A DNA stretch of 64,000 nucleotides from Gammaproteobacteria bacterium (lineage in GTDB: Bacteria > Pseudomonadota > Gammaproteobacteria > WFUO01), in the NCBI GenBank assembly GCA_015484945.1, contig WFUO01000005.1:14382-78381 (forward strand). Direction: 5' to 3'. This document shows positions 32,116 through 45,660 of this stretch, piece by piece. A model generated the notes under the pieces. The model worked only from the letters and a program-made list of their open reading frames with translations. It was not told where the DNA came from and ran no database searches. A program made the position numbers and the translations under genes. The stretch's first letter is position 1. Each line of letters starts with the position of its first letter.

Positions 32116-33333
32116 ATGGACAGTCTGCACAACAAGCACATCGTGCTCGGCGTTACCGGCAGCATCGCGGCCTACAAGGCGCCGGATCTGGTGCGCCGGC
32201 TGCGCGCGGCCGGCGCTACGGTGCGCGTGGTCATGAGCCGCGCCGCGGCGGCGTTCGTCACCCCGCTGACGCTGCAGGCCGTATCCGGGCATCCGGTGCA
32301 TCGCGAGTTGCTCGACGCCGACGCCGAACAGGCCATGGGGCACATCGAGCTCGCGCGCTGGGCCGATCTGGTGCTGATCGCGCCAGCCACGGCCGACTGT
32401 CTCGCGCGTCTGGCCCATGGACGCGCCGACGATCTGCTGGCGGCCGTCTGTCTGGCCACTGACGCGCCACTGGCCGTGGCCCCGGCGATGAACCGTGGCA
32501 TGTGGGAGAATCCGCTCACGCTCGACAACTGCACGCGCCTGCTCGGGCTAGGTGTGCATTTTTTCGGCCCGGAGGAAGGCGAACAGGCCTGTGGCGAGAC
32601 CGGCCCCGGCCGCATGCTGGCGCCTGAAGAGATCGCGCGGCGTTGCGCGCAACTGTTCGAGACCGGCGCGCTGGCCGGGTTGCGGGTGCTGGTCACCGCA
32701 GGCCCTACGCGCGAGCCGCTCGATCCGGTGCGCTATATCGGCAACCGCAGCTCCGGCAGAATGGGCTTCGCAGTGGCGGCCGCGGCTGCCGAGGCCGGCG
32801 CTGAGGTGGTGTTGGTGTCCGGGCCGGTGCATCTGCACGCCCCGCCCGGTGTGCGGCGCATCGATGTCGAAACGGCACGTCAGATGCTTGTGCAGGTCAT
32901 GGCCGAGGCGCCGCACAGTGATATCGTCATTGGCGTCGCCGCGGTGGCCGACTACCGCCCGGCGGTCGAGCAGCCCGGCAAGATCAAGCGCAAGCATGAG
33001 CGCATGACGCTGGATCTGGTCGCCAACCCCGATATCATCGCCGCCGTGGCCAGCCTCGATCCGCGCCCGTTCGTGGTCGGCTTCGCCGCAGAAACGGCGG
33101 ACATGGTTACCCATGCGCGTGCCAAGCTCGCGCGCAAGGGTCTGGACATGATCGCCGCCAACATGGTCGGTGACGGCCAGGCCTTCGATAGCGAGGATAA
33201 TGCCCTGCACGTCATCTGGCCGCAGGGTGAGGCACGGCTGCCTCGCATGTCCAAGCCGCGTCTGGCGCGGCATCTGATTTCACTGATAGCCGAGAGGTTC
33301 CATGCAAAAGATCGAATTGAAGATACTCGATGA
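32116..33333 (+). CDS. coaBC: Bifunctional phosphopantothenoylcysteine decarboxylase / synthetase
   Basis: N-terminal flavoprotein domain ([13 protein letters not shown]) and C-terminal CoaB domain ([22 protein letters not shown]). Confidence 0.93.
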   Translation: MDSLHNKHIVLGVTGSIAAYKAPDLVRRLRAAGATVRVVMSRAAAAFVTPLTLQAVSGHPVHRELLDADAEQAMGHIELARWADLVLIAPATADCLARLAHGRADDLLAAVCLATDAPLAVAPAMNRGMWENPLTLDNCTRLLGLGVHFFGPEEGEQACGETGPGRMLAPEEIARRCAQLFETGALAGLRVLVTAGPTREPLDPVRYIGNRSSGRMGFAVAAAAAEAGAEVVLVSGPVHLHAPPGVRRIDVETARQMLVQVMAEAPHSDIVIGVAAVADYRPAVEQPGKIKRKHERMTLDLVANPDIIAAVASLDPRPFVVGFAAETADMVTHARAKLARKGLDMIAANMVGDGQAFDSEDNALHVIWPQGEARLPRMSKPRLARHLISLIAERFHAKDRIEDTR

Positions 33334-33757
33334 ACGCATCGGCCGCGACATCCCGCTACCGGCCTACGCCACCGATGGCTCGGCGGGCATGGACCTGCGC
33401 GCCTGTCTCGACGAACCCCTGCGCATCGGGCCGGGCGAGACCCGGCTGATTCCTACCGGCATCGCCATCCATATCGGCGACCCCGGCCTGGCGGCCATGT
33501 TGTTGCCGCGTTCCGGCCTTGGCCACAAGCACGGCATCGTGCTTGGCAACCTGGTCGGCCTGATCGATTCCGACTACCAGGGTCAGCTCTTCGTTTCATG
33601 CTGGAACCGCGGGCAGGAGCCATTTACCATAGAGGTAGGTGAACGGCTTGCGCAGATGGTCATCGTACCTGTCGTACAGGCGGCATTCGAGATCGTCGAT
33701 GAATTCGATCGCAGTCACCGGGGCGCCGGTGGTTTCGGGCACACCGGACGCGGCTGA
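33302..33757 (+). CDS. dut: dUTP diphosphatase
   Basis: [13 protein letters not shown]...[25 protein letters not shown]...[10 protein letters not shown]. Confidence 0.95.
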   Translation: MQKIELKILDERIGRDIPLPAYATDGSAGMDLRACLDEPLRIGPGETRLIPTGIAIHIGDPGLAAMLLPRSGLGHKHGIVLGNLVGLIDSDYQGQLFVSCWNRGQEPFTIEVGERLAQMVIVPVVQAAFEIVDEFDRSHRGAGGFGHTGRG

Positions 33758-33789
33758 ACGGCCTGACGCAAAAGGAAGACTTTCCAACC

Positions 33790-37187
<3,398 letters not shown>

Positions 37188-37195
37188 GCCGGTGT

Positions 37196-37852
37196 TCAGT
37201 CGATACCCTTGAGTTCCTTGAAACGCGCGATGTATTCCTCGAAGCGCTTGCGGATAGCCTGTTCCTCGATACGCCGTTTGCGGATGTAACGGCGGTTGTT
37301 GGCAATCTGGGATTCGATGCTGCGGATGTTGGCCTTCAGTTGCTGGCTGATCGGGCGCCCGGCGCGTTCGGCATCGGCCGCGCGTGAACGCAACCTGGCC
37401 AGCTGGTTTTCCAGCTTGACGATGCTGCTGTCGGTGATGCGTATCTGGTTGCGTATCGATACCAGTTTCTCGTCGCGTGCCTTGATGATGTCGCCGACCG
37501 TGGCAAAGGTGTCCAGCAACATCCGGTCACGCGCCTTTTTACGGGCCTCGATGGCGCGTTGTTTCGCCAGCTCGGCCTGCCTGCGGCGCTCGGCCTCGAT
37601 TTCGGCCGGGGTCTTGGCGCGTTCGATGGTCTTGACCGGCAGGCCTTGCTCGTTGATGATGACCTTGCGCCTGGGTGCGGCCGAAGGCGGCACCTTGTCG
37701 CTGTAATAGACGTTACCCTTGTCATCCACCCATTTGTACAGCCGCTTGCCTGCCATGACAGGCGGCGACAGCAGGACCATGAGCAGCATCAGGGAGACAG
37801 GTTTGACGATCATTGCTCGCATAAACACTTTCGACACGACGGTTTTCTCCAT
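37196..37852 (-). CDS. DUF4124 domain protein with coiled-coil C-terminus
   Basis: Signal peptide, LYKWVDDKGNVYYSDKVPP (DUF4124 signature), then a charged helical region. The start may instead be 37822. Confidence 0.7.
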   Translation of the reverse strand: MEKTVVSKVFMRAMIVKPVSLMLLMVLLSPPVMAGKRLYKWVDDKGNVYYSDKVPPSAAPRRKVIINEQGLPVKTIERAKTPAEIEAERRRQAELAKQRAIEARKKARDRMLLDTFATVGDIIKARDEKLVSIRNQIRITDSSIVKLENQLARLRSRAADAERAGRPISQQLKANIRSIESQIANNRRYIRKRRIEEQAIRKRFEEYIARFKELKGID

Positions 37853-37948
37853 GGTTCATGCTATTATAGATCGCATTGGCTGAACAGAAACCGAACAGCC
37901 CTTCGATGTAAAGAATCGTGGCGGCCCCCGCACGATACCGGCTCCGAC

Positions 37949-38704
37949 ATGGATATCCTCAATCAGACCCTGCTGTTCGTCATCTCCCTGCTCGCCAATG
38001 TGTTTTCCGCCTTTTCCGGGGGTGGCGCCGGGTTGATACAGCTCCCGGCACTGATCTTTCTCGGTTTGCCGTTTGGTGTCGCACTGGCCACCCACAAGGT
38101 CGCCAGTGTCGCCCTGGGCCTGGGCGCAACCCTGCGTCACCTGCGTGAGGACAGTCTGGAGCGGCGTTTCGCACTGTTCATCCTCGCCACCGGTCTGCCC
38201 GGCGTGGTGACCGGCGCCAGTCTTATTCTCGGCGTGCCGGGGCGCTGGGCCGAGATCGCGCTGGGTGTGCTGACCATCGGGCTTGGGCTGTATTCGATTG
38301 CCAACCGGCAGCTCGGCCAGGTGCATGCGCCCAGCCACCGTTCGCGGCGTGGCCTGCTTGCCGGGGGGTTGGTGCTGTACCTCATCGGCGTGCTCAACGG
38401 TTCGCTGACATCGGGCACCGGGCTGTTCGTGACCCTGTGGCTGGTGCGCTGGTTCGGGCTGGACTACAAGCGTGCGGTGGCCTACACGCTGATTCTGGTC
38501 GGCGTGTTCTGGAACGGTTTCGGCGCGATGACACTGGGCATTCTGGGCGAGATCCGCTGGAGTTGGTTGCCGGCGCTGTTGCTGGGTTCGCTGCTGGGCG
38601 GTTATCTCGGTGCTCATCTGGCGATCACGAAAGGCAACTACTGGATCAAGCGTGCCTTCGAGATCATCACGCTGCTGGTGGGCAGCAAGCTGGTCATCGG
38701 CTAG
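37949..38704 (+). CDS. TauE/SafE (TSUP) family membrane transporter
   Basis: [39 protein letters not shown]; 8 TM helices. Start trimmed from the track ORF, which begins at 37559. Confidence 0.8.
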   Translation: MDILNQTLLFVISLLANVFSAFSGGGAGLIQLPALIFLGLPFGVALATHKVASVALGLGATLRHLREDSLERRFALFILATGLPGVVTGASLILGVPGRWAEIALGVLTIGLGLYSIANRQLGQVHAPSHRSRRGLLAGGLVLYLIGVLNGSLTSGTGLFVTLWLVRWFGLDYKRAVAYTLILVGVFWNGFGAMTLGILGEIRWSWLPALLLGSLLGGYLGAHLAITKGNYWIKRAFEIITLLVGSKLVIG

Positions 38705-39353
38705 CAGCCTGTCGGACGCCGTATTCGGCGCGATAGGCCTCGATGGCCTCGAGTTGTTCCTGCCTGTCGGGCTGTTGAGCCAGATATTCGACCAGGTCCG
38801 CGAGCGTCACGATGCTGGCGACCCGGATGCCATACTCGCGCTCGACTTCCTGGATCGCAGAGGCTTCACCCTGACCGCGCTCCTGGCGGTCGAGCGAGAT
38901 CACCACGCCGGCGAGTGTCGCGCCGGCGGCCTGGATGATGTCGGCCGATTCACGCACCGATGTGCCGGCAGAGATCACATCGTCGATGACCAATACCCGG
39001 CCCGTGAGCGGCGCCCCGACGATCACCCCCCCCTCGCCGTGGTCCTTCGCCTCTTTACGGTTGAAGCTGTAGGGCAGATCGAGGCCATGATGGTCGGCCA
39101 GTGCGATACCGGCGGCCGCGGCCAGCGGAATACCCTTGTAGGCGGGGCCATAGAGCACATCGAACCCGATGCCGGCATCGACGATGGCGCTGGCGTAGAA
39201 CCGTCCCAGACGGGCCAGGCTGGCGCCGGTATTGAACAGGCCGCTGTTGAAGAAATACGGGCTCTGGCGGCCGGACTTCAGGGTAAAACTGCCAAAGCGC
39301 AAAACGCCGGTGTCGATGGCGAAATCGAGAAACTCGCGTTGATAATCCTGCAT
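38694..39353 (-). CDS. pyrE: Orotate phosphoribosyltransferase
   Basis: [36 protein letters not shown]...[13 protein letters not shown] (PRPP motif). Confidence 0.95.
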   Translation of the reverse strand: MQDYQREFLDFAIDTGVLRFGSFTLKSGRQSPYFFNSGLFNTGASLARLGRFYASAIVDAGIGFDVLYGPAYKGIPLAAAAGIALADHHGLDLPYSFNRKEAKDHGEGGVIVGAPLTGRVLVIDDVISAGTSVRESADIIQAAGATLAGVVISLDRQERGQGEASAIQEVEREYGIRVASIVTLADLVEYLAQQPDRQEQLEAIEAYRAEYGVRQAASR

Positions 39354-39502
39354 GGGATGCCTGCAAAGCCGGATGGAACGAATAGCCGCATATACTACAA
39401 CGGTGATGGTCGTTTGTCGCGTCCAGGCAGTGGTGTCTTGCAGGTGCAAAGTGACGCGCGCTGCGGCACACTATCGTCATCGTGAACAGCCGGGGAGTTT
39501 CG

Positions 39503-40291
39503 ATGCGCGTCATCACCATCAACGTCAATGGCATACGTGCGGCCCAGAGCAAGGGCTTCTTCGAGTGGATGAAGCGTCAGCGTGCCGACGTGGTGTGCAT
39601 TCAGGAGACCAAGGCCCAGGAGCATCAACTCGCCGATCCGGTGTTTCATCCGCGCGGCTGGCACAGCTTTTTCTTCGATGCCGAAAAGAAGGGGTATAGC
39701 GGTACCGCCATCTACACCCGTCACGAACCGGACACCGTCCATTACGGGCTGGGCTGGGATCACTGTGATCGTGAAGGGCGTTATATCCAGGCCGATTTCG
39801 GCAAGCTCAGTATCGCCTCGCTGTACCTGCCCTCGGGTTCATCGAGCGAGGAGCGGCATGCGAACAAGCTGGTATTCATGGACATCCTGCTCGAGAAGTT
39901 TCGTGCCATGCGCCGTATGCGGCGGGAGTTCATCATCTGTGGCGACTTCAACATCGTGCACCGTGAGATCGACATCAAGAACTGGAAGAGCAACCAGAAG
40001 AACTCGGGCTGCACGCCCGAAGAACGCGCGTGGCTGGACAGGCTGTTCGACGAGGTTGGTTTCGTGGATGCGTTCCGGGTCGTCAACCAGCAACCGGACC
40101 AGTACACCTGGTGGTCCAATCGTGGACGCGCACGGGAGAACAACGTCGGGTGGCGCATCGACTACCAGATGATCACACCCGCGCTCAAGGGCAGCGTGTG
40201 CAGGGCCGCTATCTATAAGGACAAATGGTTTTCCGATCACGCCCCCCTGACCATCGATTACGCCATCGAGCTGCATGGTGTAGGCGAATGA
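39503..40291 (+). CDS. xthA: Exodeoxyribonuclease III (AP endonuclease)
   Basis: MRVITINVNGIRAA, CIQETK, GDFNIVH, WRIDY and SDHAP: all ExoIII catalytic motifs are intact. GGGGAG RBS present. Confidence 0.88.
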   Translation: MRVITINVNGIRAAQSKGFFEWMKRQRADVVCIQETKAQEHQLADPVFHPRGWHSFFFDAEKKGYSGTAIYTRHEPDTVHYGLGWDHCDREGRYIQADFGKLSIASLYLPSGSSSEERHANKLVFMDILLEKFRAMRRMRREFIICGDFNIVHREIDIKNWKSNQKNSGCTPEERAWLDRLFDEVGFVDAFRVVNQQPDQYTWWSNRGRARENNVGWRIDYQMITPALKGSVCRAAIYKDKWFSDHAPLTIDYAIELHGVGE

Positions 40292-40551
40292 GGCGTGCAC
40301 GGCGACGGATTGCCGCAGATCTTGCGTTTATCCAGTAAAATACTGGCAGGAAAGGAAAAATTACCATTTGGGATTATAATTGTGAACAGGGCCCTGAATC
40401 GCCGTTTCGGGTGACAGGAACATCATTGCCTTGTGAACCGCGCCACAACCCGAGCCGTCGGTCTGGTCTATAAACCCGGAAAGACGCCGGGCTGGCGACC
40501 GGCGAATCGACCGGTACAGGCAGTACGAGCGCGCGGGGCACAGGGGCTTAC

Positions 40552-43500
40552 ATGACAGCAGCAGAAAAATTGCTTGATATTGAAATACTTAGAAAGCTAA
40601 CCCCGCTCGAGACCCTGTCCGACGCCCACCTGGCGGATCTTGCCCGCAAGGCTTCGATCGAGACGTTCAAGAGTGGCAAATACCTGTTTCGGCAGGGCAA
40701 ACGCGATCCCGACACCTGGTATGTTCTCGAGGGAGAGGTGGCGCTGCTCAACGGCAAGACCGTCGAGGCGCTGATCAGGGGCGGCAGCGACAAGGCGCTC
40801 AGCCCGCTTGCGCCGGGCATGCCGCGCCCCCTGTCGGCACGCGCCAACACCATGGTCAAGGCCCTGCGCATCGACACAGGCCTGCTCGATGTCATCCTGT
40901 CGTGGGATCAGTCGCAGAACTCGCAGTACGAGGTCACCGAGATCCAGTCCGAGGACGACGAGGACTGGATGACACGCATGCTGCAGTCCGAGATGTTCCA
41001 GCGCCTGTCCGCGAGCAACATCCAGCAATTGATCATGAAGATGGAAGAGGTTGGCTTCAGGGCGGGCGAGATCGTCGTCAGCCAGGACGAGGAAGGCGAC
41101 TACTACTACATCATCAAGAGTGGCCAGGCCGAGGTCATCAGGCGGCCTGGCAATGGCCCGCGTCTGGTCAAGATTGCCGAACTGCGGGCCGGTGACAGTT
41201 TCGGTGAAGAGGCGCTGTTGTCAGGCGGCAAGCGCAACGCCACCATTCGCATGATGACCGACGGCAAGCTCATGCGTCTGTCGAAAGAGGATTTCGACGC
41301 CCTGTTGCGCGAACCGCTGGTGGAACAGCTCGACTACGCACAAGTACAGGAAAAGCTCAAGCAGGGCGCGATGGTCATCGATGTGCGCCTCCCCGGTGAG
41401 TTCCGTCAGCAGCGTATCGATGGCAGCATCAACCTGCCTGTGGCCAGTATTCGCACTTCCACCGACAAGCTCAACCGGGATCGTGACTACATCGTCGTTT
41501 GTGACACCGGCACACGCAGCGCAAGCGCCGCTTTCCTGCTCAAGAAGCTCGGCTTCAACACCTTCATGCTGGCCGACGGCCTGGCCAGTGTGCCACAGGA
41601 AGCAATGGTCGGGACCGTGGAAACCGCGCGTGACATCGCTGTGGGCCAAAGCGAGACCGCCGGTGCCGAGATCATCGACTTCAAGCCGGGCCAGAAAGAG
41701 GAAAACGGGGGCGACGGTGAACGCGAGCAGGCCAAGGAATTGCAGGACCAGTTGCAGGAAATGCGCCGCCAGCTTGCCGAGGGCCAGCAAAAGCTCGGTC
41801 AACAGCAGGCGCGTCTGACCCAGCTCGGTGTGGAGGAGGAAAAACGCCGCGCCAGCATAGACAATCTGGGCGGCAGTCTTGAGGCCGCCAGTCAGCAACA
41901 GCAGGAGATCGCGCGCCTCAAGCAGGAACTGGAAGAGGCCACCCGGCGCATGAACGAACAGGCCGGCCAGCTCAGTGATTCGCGTACGGGCGGCGCGCAG
42001 CACGAAGAGAAGGTACGCCAACTCAGTGCCGAGCTCAAGGCCATGCAGGAACGGCTGCAGGAGGCCGATCACGTCATTGAGCAGAAGGCCAGTGAGCAGC
42101 AGGCCGTGTCCGAGCTGCAGAAGGAACTCGAGCAGGCGCGCGAGGAGAACCGCAAGCAGCAGGAACAGCTCAACCGGCAACTCGGCCAGTTGCAGGAAGA
42201 GATCAACCGGCGGGATCGCAACATGGCCCGTTTGCAGAGCAGCATGGAGGAGAAGCAACAGGCGCTCAAGGCCATCGAGAACGCCAAGGCGGCCGAGATA
42301 GACGGCTACGAAAAGCGCCTGCGCGAGCTGGAGGAAAAGCTCGCCCAGCAGTCCGACCAGACCACCCAGGTCAGTCAGGACATGCGCAACGAGATCGCGG
42401 CTCTCAAGGCCGATCGCGATGCCGCGGTGCAGAGTCTGCAAAGCGAACTGGAACAGGCGCGTGGTGAACTCGAGCAGTTCAACGAACAACTGAAAAAGAG
42501 CGTTGCCGAGCGCCAGCAGGCTGAGGAATCGCTGGATGCATTGCAGAGTGAACTGCACAGCTTGCGCGAGACGGCTGAACAGCAAAAGCGCGCGCTGGAA
42601 AAGGAAAAGGCGGCGTTGCGCGCCGAGCTCGAATCAGCGCGCCAGTCACTGGAAGAGAAGGCGCGCGAATTCGAACACAATGAACAGCTTCTGCAGGAGG
42701 AAAAGGCCAGCCTGCAGGCCAAGCTGGAACAGACACGCGAGGCGCTGGCCCGGCGCGAACAGGAACTCGAGGCGCGTGAACAGGAAAGCCGCAAATCGCA
42801 GGAGCAACTACAGCAGGAACTGGCGTTGGCGCGCGAGGCGCTGGCCCGGCGCGAACAGGCACTGGAGGAAGAACGTCAGCGCCTGGAACGCGAGCGTGAG
42901 GAGGCCCTGCGCCAGGAACGTGAGCGTCTCGAGCAGGAACGTGAACGGCAGCTGCAAACCGAGCGCGAGGAACTGGAGCGTGAGCGTGAGGCGCGCCTGG
43001 AGGAAGAACGCGAGCGACTGGAGCGTGAACGGGAAGAGGCGCTCAGGCAGGAACGCGAACGTCTGGAACGCGAGCGTGAGGAACAACTGCGCCAGGAACG
43101 TGAGCGCCTGGAACGTGAACGCGAGGAACAGTTACGCAAGGAACGCGAACGCCTGGAACGCGAACGCGAGGAACAGCTACGCAAGGAACGCGAGCGCCTG
43201 GAGCGTGAACGCCAACAGCAGATCGAGGAAGAACGTCAGCGGCTCGAGGAAGAAAAGGCACGACTGCGGCGGCAGAAAGAGGAGGAACTGTCCAGGCTGC
43301 GTGCCGAACTCGAGTCAACGCGCAATACCCTGGAGGAAAAGACCCAGGAACTGGATCGCTTTGCCGAGCAACATCGTCAGGCCCTGGAGGCCAAGCAGCA
43401 ACTCGAGGCCACCATCAGCCAGTCACATGCCGCGCTGCAACAGGTGCAAAAGGAACTGGAAGAGAAACAGCGCATCCTGGAGCAGACCGAGCATCAGAGC

Positions 43501-45627
43501 AAGGAAGTCGAACAGCAACGGCGCCAGGAGATCGAAAACCTCAACCGCGATGTCGAAACCCTGCGCAGGCGCTGGGAAAAGGCGCTGACCGAGAAGGAAC
43601 GTCTCGAAAAGGCTTACGAGGAGCAGTCCAGTCAGCTCAAGGCCAAGGGACAGTCGCTGCAGGACGCGATCGACAGTGGCGCTGATTCCGAAGAGGTCAA
43701 GCGCCTGCAGGAAGAACTCGAGGCGCTCAAGCGGCAGATGAGCGAGGACGACAAGATCTACCAGAAGCAGCTCGAAAGTCTGCGCGAAGAGCTGTTGGCC
43801 AATTCGCAGAATCAGCTTCAGGCCGAGATCGACAAGGCCCGGGCCGAGGCCGAGGAAGAGATCCGGCAATTACGCAAGGAACTCGAAGAGGCCAACCAGA
43901 ACAGTGCCGCAGCGCAGGCCGCATTGCGCGAGCGCGAAGAGATTCTCGAGAAACAGCGTCAGGAGCTGGCCGGCCTGCAGGCCGAACTCGACATGGCGCA
44001 ACAGCAGGGCGACGACACCGAACATCTGCACCAGCAGATGCAGACCCTGCGCAAGGCCATGGCGCACGAGGTCGAGGAACATCGCAGAAAACTCGAAGAG
44101 GCCATGTTCAAGGTCAAGCAGGAGAATACCGAACTGCGGCGCGAACTCGAGGGCTTCTATCGTGATGCCGAACTGGCGTCCGAGATCGGTGGTTCCGCCA
44201 GTGGCTTTGCCGGCAGCAGTCTGAGCGGTTTCACCAACAGCCAGGTCAGCGGTTATGCCGACAGCAGCATGGCCGAACCGCTGGATGTCAAGGATCTCGG
44301 CAGTGGCCCCATGTCCACCCCGGGGCCGGAGTCCATTCTCGAGCCACCGTCTTCCCCGGCGCCGAGCCAGTCCAAACAGACCGTGGCCAGGCCAACGGAG
44401 AAAAAGGAACAAAAGACAGAGGCGGAGAATGCCGTCGATCCGATGTCCGAATTCACGCCGCCTGACGACCTGCCGGAATCGACCTTCGACAGCAGCGATA
44501 TTTTCTCGCTCGCCGATATGGATGCCAACCTGTTCAGTGAACAGCAACCGGAAGAGAAGAAATCCTCCAGGGGCAAGCTCATTGTCGCGGCCGTTCTGCT
44601 GCTCGCCGCCGGCGGCGGCGCGGCGTGGTGGTTCCTCGGGCGCGGCACACCACCGCCGGCACCGTCCATGACCAGGGCCGTGCCGACAAGCACCAGCACA
44701 GTGACACCGCCGGCTGCCGCCCCCGTGAAACCCGCTGTGGCGACGGCAGCCAAATCACCCGCACCGGTGACCGCCAGGCGGCCCGCGCCGGCGCCCGTGA
44801 AACCTGCCGTGCCGGCTGCACCGGTGGCGAAGGAAACCGTGGTTTCGAAACCGGCGGCCAGGACGTCCGTGGTTGGCGTACCGGGCGGTTTGCGTCCCGG
44901 GCGCGTCTGGCGTGACAGGCTCAAGAACGGTGGCTATGGTCCGGTCATGGTCCAGGTGCCGGGAGGCAGCTTCATGATGGGCAGTCCGGCCGGTACCACC
45001 TATTTCGACGAACGACCGCAGCATGCCGTCAGCATCCGTCCGCTGGCGGTGAGTCGCTACGAGATCACGTTCGCCGAATACGATGTCTTTGCGCGCGCCA
45101 CCGGGCGCAGGCGGCCGTCCGACAATGGCTGGGGGCGTGGCCGCCGGCCGGTGGTCAATGTGAGCTGGGATGATGCGCGTGCCTATGCCGCCTGGCTGAG
45201 CAGGCAGACCGGGCATAAATACCGCTTGCCGACCGAAGCCGAATGGGAATACTTCGCCCGTGCAGGGACGAAGGAACGTTACTGGTGGGGTCGTCATCCC
45301 CGCAAGGGGCTGGCCAACTGTTTCAATTGCGGTTCGAAATGGGATGCGCGGCAGACCGCACCGGTGGGCAGCTTCAAGCCCAACCCGCTGACCCTGTACG
45401 ATGTTTCCGGCAACGTGCTCGAATGGGTGCAGGATTGCTACCGCAAGAACTATGACGCCGCGCCCAGCGATGGCAGCGCGGTGGAGTTCGCCGGTTGCAG
45501 TGAACGGGTTGCGCGTGGCGGTTCCTATCGGAGCACCATCAAGAACATGCGTGTGACACGCCGCTATCATTTCCCGCCCGGGGTGCGCGTTGACAACATC
45601 GGCTTCCGGCTGGTGCGCGAAAAATAA
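40552..45627 (+). CDS. Giant multidomain protein: cNMP-binding x2, rhodanese, ~800-aa coiled coil, TM helix, FGE-sulfatase-fold (SUMF1/EgtB/PvdO family) domain
   Basis: Single 5076-nt ORF. Contains FGEEALLSGGKRNATIR (a cNMP phosphate-binding cassette) and a rhodanese with loop CDTGTR. A long E/Q/R/L-rich helix is followed by the TM helix LIVAAVLLLAAGGGAAWWFL. The C-terminal RLPTEAEWEYFARAG...NVLEWVQDCY...RGGSY is FGE-fold. Confidence 0.85.
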   Translation: MTAAEKLLDIEILRKLTPLETLSDAHLADLARKASIETFKSGKYLFRQGKRDPDTWYVLEGEVALLNGKTVEALIRGGSDKALSPLAPGMPRPLSARANTMVKALRIDTGLLDVILSWDQSQNSQYEVTEIQSEDDEDWMTRMLQSEMFQRLSASNIQQLIMKMEEVGFRAGEIVVSQDEEGDYYYIIKSGQAEVIRRPGNGPRLVKIAELRAGDSFGEEALLSGGKRNATIRMMTDGKLMRLSKEDFDALLREPLVEQLDYAQVQEKLKQGAMVIDVRLPGEFRQQRIDGSINLPVASIRTSTDKLNRDRDYIVVCDTGTRSASAAFLLKKLGFNTFMLADGLASVPQEAMVGTVETARDIAVGQSETAGAEIIDFKPGQKEENGGDGEREQAKELQDQLQEMRRQLAEGQQKLGQQQARLTQLGVEEEKRRASIDNLGGSLEAASQQQQEIARLKQELEEATRRMNEQAGQLSDSRTGGAQHEEKVRQLSAELKAMQERLQEADHVIEQKASEQQAVSELQKELEQAREENRKQQEQLNRQLGQLQEEINRRDRNMARLQSSMEEKQQALKAIENAKAAEIDGYEKRLRELEEKLAQQSDQTTQVSQDMRNEIAALKADRDAAVQSLQSELEQARGELEQFNEQLKKSVAERQQAEESLDALQSELHSLRETAEQQKRALEKEKAALRAELESARQSLEEKAREFEHNEQLLQEEKASLQAKLEQTREALARREQELEAREQESRKSQEQLQQELALAREALARREQALEEERQRLEREREEALRQERERLEQERERQLQTEREELEREREARLEEERERLEREREEALRQERERLEREREEQLRQERERLEREREEQLRKERERLEREREEQLRKERERLERERQQQIEEERQRLEEEKARLRRQKEEELSRLRAELESTRNTLEEKTQELDRFAEQHRQALEAKQQLEATISQSHAALQQVQKELEEKQRILEQTEHQSKEVEQQRRQEIENLNRDVETLRRRWEKALTEKERLEKAYEEQSSQLKAKGQSLQDAIDSGADSEEVKRLQEELEALKRQMSEDDKIYQKQLESLREELLANSQNQLQAEIDKARAEAEEEIRQLRKELEEANQNSAAAQAALREREEILEKQRQELAGLQAELDMAQQQGDDTEHLHQQMQTLRKAMAHEVEEHRRKLEEAMFKVKQENTELRRELEGFYRDAELASEIGGSASGFAGSSLSGFTNSQVSGYADSSMAEPLDVKDLGSGPMSTPGPESILEPPSSPAPSQSKQTVARPTEKKEQKTEAENAVDPMSEFTPPDDLPESTFDSSDIFSLADMDANLFSEQQPEEKKSSRGKLIVAAVLLLAAGGGAAWWFLGRGTPPPAPSMTRAVPTSTSTVTPPAAAPVKPAVATAAKSPAPVTARRPAPAPVKPAVPAAPVAKETVVSKPAARTSVVGVPGGLRPGRVWRDRLKNGGYGPVMVQVPGGSFMMGSPAGTTYFDERPQHAVSIRPLAVSRYEITFAEYDVFARATGRRRPSDNGWGRGRRPVVNVSWDDARAYAAWLSRQTGHKYRLPTEAEWEYFARAGTKERYWWGRHPRKGLANCFNCGSKWDARQTAPVGSFKPNPLTLYDVSGNVLEWVQDCYRKNYDAAPSDGSAVEFAGCSERVARGGSYRSTIKNMRVTRRYHFPPGVRVDNIGFRLVREK
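43006..43215 (+). repeat. In-frame 45-bp tandem repeat (about 4.7 copies) encoding ERERLEREREE(A/Q)LR(Q/K)
   Basis: Unit boundaries read directly at 43006, 43051, 43096, 43141 and 43186. Copies differ mostly at synonymous positions. More degenerate copies extend upstream to ~42876. Confidence 0.85.
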
Positions 45628-45660
45628 CCGTTCACCGCTGTTGATGGATTTGTCGGGCCC

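Noticed and set aside
39503-40291. Possible Crc (catabolite repression control) orthologue, because it sits next to pyrE as crc does in Pseudomonas
   Set aside because: Crc has lost the ExoIII catalytic residues (from memory: CLQDTR, GSLY and SQHAP). This protein keeps CIQETK, GDFN and SDHAP, so it reads as a genuine exodeoxyribonuclease III.
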